DNA of 64,000 bases from Botryllus schlosseri (taxonomy: Eukaryota): assembly GCA_051294905.1 (NCBI GenBank), contig CM119371.1, positions 16,556,001 to 16,620,000 of the forward strand. The letters run 5' to 3'. Within the stretch, counting starts at the first letter, position 1. Each line of letters begins with the position of its first letter. Positions 53,328 to 64,000 of this stretch are shown piece by piece. The notes beneath the pieces are model-generated. The model searched no databases. It was not told where the DNA came from and was given only the letters and a program-made list of their open reading frames with translations. The position numbers were made by a program, and so were the translations under genes.

Positions 53328-53728
53328 CTAGCTACACATCTAATACATGAATATAGATTACTGCTGCACAAAATGAATTGTGCGTCAACAAAAAAGTGGA
53401 TAACATTGTCAATAAAATATCATAAACTCACAAAACGATGATGAATATTTAAGACAAATCAATGTGATTTTGGCTGTTCTCATGCAGATGCCAATTCAGA
53501 AATGCGAGTCTTATACTTGAATAGCGTCATGAATTGTATTGTCAGCGTATTCTTAGGTCCCAACACAACAGCGTGGTAGCAATTGCTTAACAAATGAGAT
53601 TACAGAAGTTGGTTGAAGAATTGGCATTTCACAGGGAAGGGTTTCGATTACGAAACCCGACCTCTCCTGCGTAGGCCGCTGCAAAGTCGCAATCCGACTA
53701 CACTTATCGGGTCTAGTATCCTGTAAGC

Positions 53729-54184
53729 CAGTAGTTCCAAACCTGTGGTACGCGTACCACTATAGTGGTACGCGAAGATCTTCCAGGTGGTACGCGGGTA
53801 GATTCTGTTTTGTTTCGACCGTTAAGTTTAGGTGATGTTGACTTTGAGTTTTTTTAAAGCCGTCGTGATAAGGTCGGCGTCGTGGGTAGGGGCAATTCCA
53901 CCAATACCGACCTATGTAGAAGAGATTTAGTCGTGGAAGTATTGGGATTCTTACCTAACTAAATTCCGTTTTAATATATTTGACCACAAGAATTCCAAAT
54001 GGATCCACCACAGAAATCATATACTGCGCCTTAAAATAGGCAGTTTATTTTCTGTTTCGCTGCCTTCTGCAGCTCAACACGGTGACCGCCTTCGGCGCGC
54101 GTAACTTATGTAGGAGGTAGCCTACGCGAGCACTGCCTGAAACATCCAAATGGTACGTGCGTGGGAAAGGGTTGGGAACCACTG
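53729..54184. mobile_element. hAT Charlie-type MITE with GGTACGCG repeats
   Basis: CAGTAGTTCCAAACC...GGTTGGGAACCACTG; perfect TSD CTGTAAGC. Confidence 0.93.
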
Positions 54185-54268
54185 CTGTAAGCTGTAACCA
54201 ATGGTGGTCAAGTCGGAAGTAGCATAGTGAATCATATTTATGAGTTGAGTGTGTGTCTAGTATTTCGC

Positions 54269-54755
54269 TGGGCAAACTACGGCCCACGGGCCGCATGCGG
54301 CCCGCGAAAGGCTCTAGAAACGTATTATTTACTGCAGGGACTTGATTAAACTTTTCTTGTTATATCTCACGACGATAATTGTTATATAATTACTATAATA
54401 TATTTATATTTCATTTCGGCGTGCTAGCCTGACCTCTATAGATCCCGCAAAAAAAAGTTTCAACTGCTAAACATCACAAAAACTCGAAACGTGAATGAAT
54501 TTTGGATCACGAGTGCAATTTTACATTGGCGACTCCGGCAAGTTTATTACTATTAGTGCTTTTGGCCTACTTGGTAAAACCGCTTCGTGCGCGTGTTGGG
54601 TAGATTAAAGTTCTCTGTATGTGCAGAATTATTATTATTTATAAAATCTTTGTATTTTAGTGAGAGAGTATATTTGAAGCTAAAACATGGTTATGATGCT
54701 GTTCACATTGTGTGTCCTGGAGTTGAACCAAAATTAAAATCTGCAAATCTATAAA
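54269..54755. mobile_element. Truncated family A MITE without a nested insertion
   Basis: TGGGCAAACTACGGCCCACGGGCCGCATGCGGCCCGCG followed by the family A interior (GACTTGATTAAAC, GGATCACGAGTG, GAACCAAAA). Confidence 0.8.
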
Positions 54756-54758
54756 CAG

Positions 54759-55140
54759 TAGGGATGGTGTTAACCTCTGAAAAATTCAGGTTCGTGTGAA
54801 CGCGAACCTTTTTATATGGTTCTGTGTGAACGCGAACGTGAACCTCATGACGTCACGTGACGTCATTTTACATATTTTAACCCTACATTTCAGTGAAGTG
54901 ATGGCCTCTGTTAATGTACACGTACAGTGTACACTGTACATGATACTTAGCGACGACTCGGGCCACGTAATGTCAAAATGCTGAAGTACATGTTGATATT
55001 TTAAACGTCGCCGAATGTGTGAACTGTGCCAATCAAATGATATATTATTCCCATAAAATCACTTTCTTCCGTCGCTTTGCCAACAATTTCGACGAGAATT
55101 ACTTACAAGGGAATATAAGCTTACGCCATAACGGTCTAAG
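54759..55140. mobile_element. Partial copy of the GTGAAC-repeat MITE family (cf. 14162-14559)
   Basis: TAGGGATGGTGT terminus, GTGTGAACGCGAAC repeats, ATGACGTCAC motif. Confidence 0.78.
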
Positions 55141-55329
55141 CCAGTGGTTTCCAACCTTTTTCGACTCATCGCTCCCTTTTGATGCTCCACACCGACCATC
55201 GCCCCCCATATATTGGGTAAATAAAAACAGCATTTCGTCAGCCCCCCCAGCGTTGGTCTTTTGCTCCATATGGTGATAAACCAAACCCCAGACCCCGCAG
55301 CCAGTGGGCCTTTAGTCGCAACATATCAG

Positions 55330-56030
55330 CTATACCCTATACCGTATTGCGCCTAAACGCGCGAAGCGCGCCAAATTTATATAATTCATGTTTGAATAGG
55401 TCAATATGGTCGGGAATTGCATATATATTGCTATCAATTTTTTAACCTCTTTCTGCTCGCGTTATCGGAGTTACCGGTAAAGCTGAGTGTGGTGTGTTGG
55501 AAAAGGTACGACCCGTAAATATTAATTAACATTTTCGGGCGAAATCGTTGTTATATTGACTTCGTTACATGATGATATTTCGTGACCTCTATATATCTGC
55601 GACGTCAGAGATATGGAAATCGTCGAAACGTACCAAACTAAAAGACGCACATGATTGCGGGATGGCATTTGTCCAGTAGGGTTGAGGTCGCCAGGACAGG
55701 AGCATTCGACGCCAGCCATTGAGGACAATTAAAGATATATGTATATATACCGAAGTTTTCAGTCAGCACAAGGGCATTCCTTTTCGGCCAAGGCCTTCTC
55801 ACCAGGGTTCTGGTACACTTCTCGGAGTCGCATGTTACATGGCCTCTACCTTCATATGTCTTGGTGTGTCGTGGCGCAGTAATGGCTGACGCCGAAGTCT
55901 CCCATTTATATAAATCATGCGTATTTTTGTTGGGTGACGGGTACCTGAAATCAAAAGATATGGTACTATTAAATCGCGCCTAGCGCGAAATTTTTTTTGA
56001 AAAAGTTGCATGAATTTATAAAAGATTACT
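55330..56030. repeat. Inverted homolog of the interior of 29601-30555
   Basis: Shared blocks GGGAATTGCATA.ATATTGCTATCA, TTTCGTGACCTC and GACGCCGAAGT...CCCATTT.TATAAATCA in reverse orientation. Confidence 0.75.
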
Positions 56031-57388
56031 CTATAATTAATTAATTACTCTATAATTAACCTTTCAGACTAACAAACACGCCATAATTTTTAATGTGAAG
56101 TATAGGGCTTGTATCAGGGTATATAACAGCACATATTTTTTGAATCAATACCATCCTCGAGTGGACTATTTTCAAGTAAATTACAATATTTATGGGCTGC
56201 GAGACCTATGGTACCATAGCCAAATCAAGCAAAATAGATAGACCAACTAATCACTTAACAACAGAAACTCGCCTACATATATATAGGCTGTAAATCATAG
56301 TTACTGGTGGTGTTTTATCACTATTACGAGGTATTTGAAAGTCAAAATGTTGATTTGCGGGTAATATGTATGGGGCATTAATTTTGTAAGTTTAGGCGTA
56401 AATCAAAACATGATTTTATGCCAACATTTGAGTTGATATAATCTATTTTATTCTTGAAGGTCGCGACGAAACATTCTTCATTAGCTTGCTGTAGCTTAGC
56501 TAATAGTACACAACGAAACAAGTTAACAAAATTGAGTTTTTGAGTGTATGTCTCATAGGTCCCATGGTTGTGTGCCTTTGGACCCACCGGGTGGGGACCG
56601 ATGACACGTTCGAGCAACAAACTTTAAACGTTTATAAATATTTTTTGAAGAGGCGGATATTCATGTAAATGTCCGCGATAGGTAGAGCTTGTATCGAAGT
56701 GTTGAGACAGCAAAAGATCTGCTATTCTCGGCTGAAGATTTGAGGGCCAGAGAGCATTTTGCAATTTTTGATCCATCGGTACCACATCTCCCCTACATAT
56801 TGACGTTTTAAACGTCACCAAATGTATAAACTGGTTTAATCAAATGATATAGTTAGGCTATCCCATAAAATCAATATCTTCCGTCGCTTTACCAACAGTG
56901 TCGATGAGGACTTGCAAGGGAATATGAGCATACGCCCGGTCTAAGCCAGACCGGACAATGTTGGCCTATTCGGCATCTGAGTATTGCTACGTTGATATTG
57001 AGCAGAGTGTAAAACGGGTTTCCATACTTGCTACCGATATTACCCCATTATCAAGGTATACAGCAGCAGCCATCACCTCAATCGCACGGATTTGGTTCTT
57101 ATGATACAAGAAACATATGGCATCAAGATTGACCCGTAAAACGCCTGCCAGATTTTTTACATCAGACAACGACATCCATTTCATTGATTGATTGGTTGGT
57201 TGAATAAGTATCATTCCGTGACTACCTACATGTATCGTATTTCGGTCTTGGTGCTGTGTGAGGGCTGTTCAAGCTCACCGCAGAGAGTCACTAAATATCC
57301 ACAAACTGAGAGCCAGATATTTTGAGCAAACTTTTGTAACAAAGCAAGTAAATTTTTTAAGATTGTCATTCAGGTGCATACTCGTTTA

Positions 57389-57560
57389 CACTGTAAAAAA
57401 TAAAGGTGTCCATAGACATGTTTACACCTGGTACCTCTTAATACATGTCCGTCATGTAAAACCATACGACAGGTTTAGTTCCACCTGTTGCCTAACATGT
57501 TTCTGCCCGTCATGTAATCTCGAAAACACGTCTGACCTGAGACTTCAATTGACCTTTCAC
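57389..57560. mobile_element. Left terminus of a CMC/EnSpm-like element
   Basis: TA|CACTGTAAAAAATAAAGG followed by short ACATGT/ACCTG subterminal repeats; no partner terminus identified in the window. Confidence 0.6.
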
Positions 57561-57700
57561 CTTGGACCGACTGGCACAAAATCTGTAGCCAGGATATGAA
57601 TTAAAACAAGCAATTCAGTGTTGGATCAAATGATGGTATATTGAGAACAAATGCATCAAAACAAGAAAAATTCTGAAATGGCGAGAGTTTCGGATAATAC

Positions 57701-58826
57701 GTAATGAAATAAGAATTACTATAACGGCTAAAAATATTGACATGTCATGGCGCAATTAATTTACTACTAACAGCCACAGTGTAAGTCGAAGAGTACCGAA
57801 CGTTAAGAAGTTTTGGAACTTATGCAATGAAAGAAGAGTTATATACAACAATGGCTAAAAATATTGGGCCGTCATCAATGAATTAATTTACTACAAAAAG
57901 CCACAGTGTGAGCCGCAGAGTACCTAACATTAAGAAGTTTTGGAACTTATGCAATGAATGAAGAATTATTACAACAACGGCTAAAAATATTGGCCCGTCA
58001 TCAATGAATTAATTTACTACAAAAAGCCACAGTGTAAGCCGCAGAGTGCCTAACGTTAAGAAGTTTTGGAACTTATGCAATGAAAGAAGAGTTATATACA
58101 ATAATGGCTAAAAATATTGGCCCGTCATCAATGAATTAATTTACTACAAAAAGCCACAGTGTGAGCCGCAGAGTGCCTAACATTAAGAAGTTTTGGAACT
58201 TATGCAATGAATGAAAAATTCTTACAACAACGGCTAAAAATATTGGCCCCTCATAAATTAATTAATTTACTACAAAAAGCCACATTGTAAGCCGCAGAGA
58301 GCCTAACGTTAAGAAGTTTTGGAATTTATACAATGAAAGAAGAATTGTTACAACAACAGCTAAAAATATTGACCCGTCATCAATGAATTAATTTACTACA
58401 AAAAGCCACAGTGTAAGCCGCCTAGTACCTAATGTTTTGAAGTTTTGGACATATGTAATGAAACCAGAATTATAATAACGGCTAAAATCATTGACCCGTC
58501 CTCAATAAATTAATCAAATTAAATTACAATGAACAGCCACAGTCAGCCACACCTAAAGTTAGAAAGTTTCGAAACGTATGTAATGAAACAAGAATTAATA
58601 TACCGGCTGGAAACATTGACCGGTCCTCGATTAATTAAGTTATTACAAATTGTCACAGTTAAAGGCGCCGAGTACCTAATGCAATGACACAAGAATTATA
58701 ACGGCTAAAAATATTGACCTGTCCTTGGTGAATTATTCAAATTAATTTACTACGAACAGCCAAAGTCTACCTAACGTTACAAAGTTTCGAGACAGCCGCA
58801 GTGTACTTAACGTTCGGAAGTTTCGA
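57701..58826. repeat. Tandem array of ~9 units, core period 126-127 bp
   Basis: Anchor GGCTAAAAATATTG (or a variant) at 57726, 57853, 57979, 58106, 58232, 58358, 58480, 58605 and 58703; outer units are more degenerate. Confidence 0.95.
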
Positions 58827-59104
58827 AGGAGAGTTCGTGACGACGGACCATGAATTAGAGGCTGATGGAGCGAACTTGATGTTGAACAGCCAGTATATTG
58901 CCAGTATTATGGCCATAGCATGATGGAAGCTTCTGACCCCTTTGATAACTTTGCCATAGAAGAGAACCTTCCATTCATTCAGGATCGTATTGTACTTGAT
59001 CGTCGGATATAATTCTTTGGCTCCTGATAAATAAAAATGATATTAGCTTAGTACTATCGATGTGGTCTGAGATTAAGAATTGAGTTGAGTATGAGGCCTA
59101 ATAA

Positions 59105-59479
59105 TAGGGTTACCATGCGTCCTCTTTCAATAGGATTTGTCCTCTTTCTTGACTTTTTTAAAAGTGTCCTCGGAGGACGCCCTTTGTCCTCTTTTTTGAG
59201 ATTTTGTCCTCTTTTTTGAAAATTTAGGTCACATTTAGAGCGAATTGCGAGTGATATGCCGTAAATTAGCACAGAAGTGACTCTATTGCGGGTATTTCGG
59301 AGTGAAAAACGGTGATTGGAGCTCTGAGCGAAAAGTTGACCTTTTTTAAAAAATTTCCAGTCAACCGGTCACAAAGTGGGCAAAATTCACCGATTTTTGA
59401 GAATTCTTCTCCGGTTTTGCAAGTCTCAAATTTCTGAAAAAGTGTCCTCTTTTTAGATTTCCAAAATATGGTAAGCCTA
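59105..59479. mobile_element. hAT-type MITE, family B
   Basis: TAGGGTTACCAT...ATGGTAAGCCTA; perfect TSD CCTAATAA. Confidence 0.93.
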
Positions 59480-61299
59480 CCTAATAAGTCATTACTGCGC
59501 GAGTCGGGGTCATGCAAAGAGGTAAGAAAACGATCGTACGTGATGGTGCTTTCAAGGATATCGAGCGAGCATAATGGTACCCAGAGTGGAATGATTTTAG
59601 CATCAGTCGTAACACTGCAACTTTTTAAGTGAAATAGGAGGGGCCAATATTGGTTTCACATCATCTTCTTTGATTGGACGCCATATACTAGTGACAATTT
59701 CACCATAGTGTCCTACAGTAGCATGGACACGGGAAAATCTCGTTACTCACTGATATTGGATTACATCATTCTTTCGATTTACAGTGACCTTTCGAGATAC
59801 CAATTTTTATCAAATACAGTGTTAATACAGCAATACAGTGTTAATAGTGCCATAAATTGCCTTTTTTGTATGATGTGAATGATGTAGCCTGATGGCAGTG
59901 AGCCATGCGATTTGCTTGTGTCCACAACACAGTGACATAATGCTTACACATACACCAAACAACTTACTTTGTCAACAAACAGGAAGCTGCCATAGTTGTC
60001 ATTGAAGAATTGAAGATCGTTGGGATCCCGACCATCCACCCCAGTTTTTGACGACCTGAACGAGAAGTGTCAGAAATCAACTGTATGTTTTGACGCGACT
60101 GCGACGTCGTAAAGTAAATCAGCGACTTTGAAACCTTGCGCGGGCCCCTCTAATGTTGATAGAGATTTTCAGTCATCCGACAGGAGGTAACACGGTTGGG
60201 CAAGGGTGAAAACATGACATATATTACTACGCAGCAAATTCGATGACAATTATGTTACGACAACCAAGTGTGCAGTCATGTCCTGCAAGGAGTTGCAGGT
60301 CGCCTTTGTATACCTCTGGGCTCATTTGACAAGGATTATTCCAAGCTTGGACATATGAATATCAAGGTTGCAGCGAGGCTGCGTACATCGCGTTGTGCAA
60401 AGGTTTCACCGCTGACAATATGTCTGCGAGTACTAATAAATATTATAATCAATTTCTAGAATCGCCTTGCAGCCCGAGGGTTGGTCGCCCTTATATCTAA
60501 GGAAGAAATGTCTACGTCTGGAAGTATGTGCGATTAAAAAATTCAAGAAAACTAAATCTGCCCAAAAAGAACAATGTATGTTAATTTAAAAAGTATCTTT
60601 AGGTCACCGACGAGTTTTATACATTTTGAAAACTGACTTAACTTTTTGCTAACCCATGGTAATAATTAGGGCCATTCAAAGCCATATTTTGTTCTATGCA
60701 TCAGCAAGTCGTGAAATCAATTTCAACACAAAACGGTATCCCTTTGAGCTATATTAAAGCTATGAAGTCACATTTTCCTGATTAGGTCATAAAGCTCAAA
60801 ATTTACATTAAGAAGCGATTGGACAAAAACGAGGTTTAACAAATAATGGAGCTGCAAATACAAGACATTTCACCAGCGCTTTATGCACCCCTGCAGAAGT
60901 GGCAACCCACATCAGCGTCTGTGGAGCTCTCACTTTCCTTACCAAAGTCATTTTACGTCCGAATCGTAACTTCAAAGACTTTAACATTTCACACTACTAC
61001 TGTACTGCAACAGTGATTTAGAATAAAAAATGGACGTATATAACTGTTGTTGCATAGGTTTTACTCTTTAGTTCCGTCAGTGCCGATATTTGCATGTAAA
61101 AATACACCATTTTCACATAAATTCATATTTTCCAAAAAATAAAGTCATATTATTGATTTTCTAAGGTCATATAAAAATGGCCCTAGTTATAATATATATG
61201 TCATTTGTTGTGTCATGAAAAATGATTGCGCATGCCACAAATGCCGAGGGATTGTGCCGTCAGTGACTTGATCATAACACTGCTTTATACCTACGGTAC

Positions 61300-61504
61300 C
61301 CAATGCGCATCGATCAAGATCGGGTAAATCTCCAGCAGACTGTGTTGACATCCCATTCAGAATGGCCTCGCGACGCGATTCGAATGTTCTTTTCATCCTA
61401 TCCAGAATCGTTTCCTTGTGAGGTATTCTCCACTTGCCTCTTATTGCGTTTTGATGTATCTCGATGCTGCGCTCGTCGTCTGTGGAGAGTATACATGTTG
61501 ACTC
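61300..61504 (-). pseudogene. Decayed exon resembling SAMD3-like / CMC-transposon accessory proteins (copy 1)
   Basis: Acceptor TTTTGTCCTACAG; the consensus with copy 2 reads ILDRMKRTFESRREAILNGMSTQSLLEIYPILIDAHW, then GT. Family recognised from memory of the MxxTFxxRRxxI...LLxxYPxL pattern. Confidence 0.5.
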
Positions 61505-62104
61505 TGTAGGACAAAATAGATCCTAATCAAAACATGACCGGTTATCGGTGCAAGGTGCTACTTCTTGCCAATGTTCCCTCTAAGCTGCTCGCATGCGCAC
61601 AGACACGAGAAAAATTAGACGTAACATTGTCTGTTGGCGTTATCAGTATCATATCAAAATATTCATATTGAAGATATCTAGATCAAGAAAGCAAGATACT
61701 AAAATGCTCACATTGGATGTTGTGACTCGAGAATTCTTGCAGCGTTAATTCTTGCAGCGTTGACTAGATTTTTCCACAAGCTGCTGAGATTTCCGTTTGC
61801 CGCAGCGTCCATGCTTCTGCTATTCCAAGTTTAAGACGAGAACTTCTTTTTCATGGTGTCTTCTCCATTCCCTCAACTTGTTGCAGAGCTTGTCTTTCCA
61901 TGATCCCTGCAATGTAGCATAGTTGAAGAAAGGTTTGGATTAAGTTTGGACAAACTTCTGAGATGTGTGTCACCAACATTGAAAAATTGGAATGTAATGC
62001 CGCCCCTGCTGTATGATATTACACATTGATAATAATCGTCAATAATTGGTGCATGCATTGTATACGTTGTAGGACTAGCCTATTGCATGAACGTGGTAAG
62101 GGGA

Positions 62105-62370
62105 TGTCATTATCAGTGACTTGATCCCAACACTGCTTTATACCTGCCCAATGCGCATCGATCAACATCGGCTAAATCTCGAACAGACTTTGTGTTGATA
62201 TCCCATTCAAAATGGCCTCATGACACGATTCAAATGTTCTTTTCATCCTAACCTGAATCTTTTCTTGTCACGCAGTCTTTTCGTCCACTTGACACTTATT
62301 GCTTTTTGCTGTACCTCGATGCTGCGCTCGTCTTCTGGAGAATATACCGATGCAGGTTGACTCTGTAATA
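62105..62370 (-). repeat. Direct duplicate of ~61255-61510 (decayed exon, copy 2)
   Basis: Shared CAGTGACTTGATC, CCAATGCGCATCGATCAA, AATGTTCTTTTCATCCTA, CTCGATGCTGCGCTCGTC, GTTGACTCTGTA. Confidence 0.9.
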
Positions 62371-62784
62371 AATATCTTCATTAAAGCCCAGCAAATTATC
62401 AGCTTGCAGGTAATAGCGAGTCAATTTATTGCAGAAAGAGCAAAAGTTTTTTTAGGCCTAACTATTTCGTAAGAACAGACAGTTCCGACCAGAAATGAAG
62501 ATAAGCAGTAGCCTAAAATTCTAAGGTAATGGGGGAAAACAGGCAATTTACATATATACGAGATCACAATTTCATCAAAATTAAGATTTTTAGGGTTAAA
62601 AATGTCAAAATTGACAGAATGTCAGATTTTATCGGTCAAAATCTTCGGTTTTTAGATAAAAATAAAATCACCCTAGGAGAACATCACATATTCGTTGAAG
62701 AAGTTCATATCAACATATTCCAACATATTCTATTCGGGAAACAAAAAAGTACTAACCTATGGTAGATTAGTAATCTATATAGAC

Positions 62785-63651
62785 CAGGAATGGCCAACCT
62801 TTTCGGCTGAAGAGCCACATGCAATTGACGAACGAGTTCGCGGTCCACTAGCAACGCCAAGCAGATAAAATTTTCGAAATTTATAAATAAACAAGGTCAA
62901 TAATATTATTACTCGAGTATTGCGGGTCTGTTGTATACCGCCCGCTAGACTCAGTTTGCAAGGACACGACTATTTGGCGTCTGGCCACATCGATATCGCC
63001 ATTTCACCATTGACGATCTTTATGCGAGCGCAAACGCGAAAAGACTTTCTCCCGTAATTGCGAATACAGTTAGACTCAATCGGATAAAATAGGCGTTTTT
63101 TTCGTTTTCAGATTGAGTCTAACTATATTAGCGATTACGAGACAAAGTGTCGTTCAACATATGGGACCTTGCGTTTGCACTGGCAGTCGACTATGAAACC
63201 TAGGCACGAAATGATTGACGCATGTTGCGGTCGCAGCTTTCAATATCGATATGTCCATGCGCCGAATAGCCCAGTCCTCGCAAACTTAGCCCAGCGATAT
63301 ACAGCAGGCCCGCAATATAATCAAGTGACAATATTATTGACCTATGAACTTCAAAATCGTGCGAAAATTAAACACGCAAAGCGTGAAAAAAAATTTCACT
63401 GCTATTTTACTTTATTGTAATGTACGACGACTTACTGAAAAGGTGACTGGACCCTGGATCTGCCGATGCGTTGGAACTGATATTTTAGTCATCAAGATCC
63501 CAAGTGTCGCAGCAAGAATTGTAATTTTTTGTTGGCATTGCAAGTTCACAATCTGAGCAATTCATTTTCGATAATATAATAGGAAATTAGCTCACGGGTC
63601 ACGCAAAACCCTCTCGCTGGCCATATTTGGCCCACGGGTTGGTCACCCCTG
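62785..63651. mobile_element. hAT Charlie-type MITE
   Basis: CAGGAATGGCCAACC...GGTTGGTCACCCCTG; TSD ATATAGAC/ATGTAGAC (7/8). Confidence 0.85.
63053..63141. repeat. Short inverted repeat / mini-foldback inside the MITE
   Basis: CGTAATTGCGAATACAGTTAGACTCAATC ... GATTGAGTCTAACTATATTAGCGATTACG, loop ~27 nt. Confidence 0.8.
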
Positions 63652-64000
63652 ATGTAGACAGGCCAATGCGATCATTTCAGAGCCGGAGCAGCAGCTAGAG
63701 CAGGAGCAGTTTAAATTTGCGGCTGCTCTAAAGCCCTGCATAACACAGCGTGATTTTGGCTAAAAATCTATATTCGTTTCTATTACAGATATCGAACAAG
63801 ACAAGATAATTTTAGTACAGTATGATTACCATGATCATCGCTTCATGACGATAATTCTGTTGACATGCATAGAATATAATTACTCACTTCCATCGTCAAA
63901 CCAGTCATATTGTCCCATATCTTTGGCAGACAATTCATAGAAATCGCCGTTCAATTCAAGCGACTTGTCGTAATATTCCGTAGTGAATTTTCTGTCCTAG

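Noticed and set aside
56378..57214. Viral/Polinton-type genes in three minus-strand ORFs
   Set aside because: No recognisable capsid, integrase, ATPase or polymerase motif; left unassigned.
57701..58826. CRISPR array or repeat-protein ORF
   Set aside because: The whole unit is repeated with no unique spacers, there are no cas genes, the period alternates 126/127, and the ORF track shows no long ORF across it.

Overview
AT-rich, repeat-dense eukaryotic (animal) genomic DNA; a marine invertebrate such as a tunicate is plausible, but that is inference only. There is no prokaryotic operon, CRISPR array or rRNA. The only long clean ORF is a minus-strand NACHT NTPase exon (20894-22084) with atypical sensor-1 and winged-helix motifs. 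It is followed over ~12 kb by stop- and frameshift-riddled LRR-like coding remnants, and two of these reading frames rejoin when inserted MITEs are removed, so this looks like a very large NLR pseudogene. The rest is a layered record of DNA transposons: over 15 hAT-type MITEs (most with readable 8-bp TSDs), a piggyBac-like foldback, a Harbinger transposase pseudogene and a deleted pogo/Fot1-like element. There is also a 17-kb head-to-tail dimer of a CACT-ended (CMC/EnSpm-like) element carrying a decayed multi-exon gene, a second CACTG-ended element with a ~126-bp tandem array and SAMD3-like exon remnants, and a 36-bp perfect hairpin insertion with its own 7-bp TSD. All calls are by-eye alignment and motif recognition; no database searches were run.
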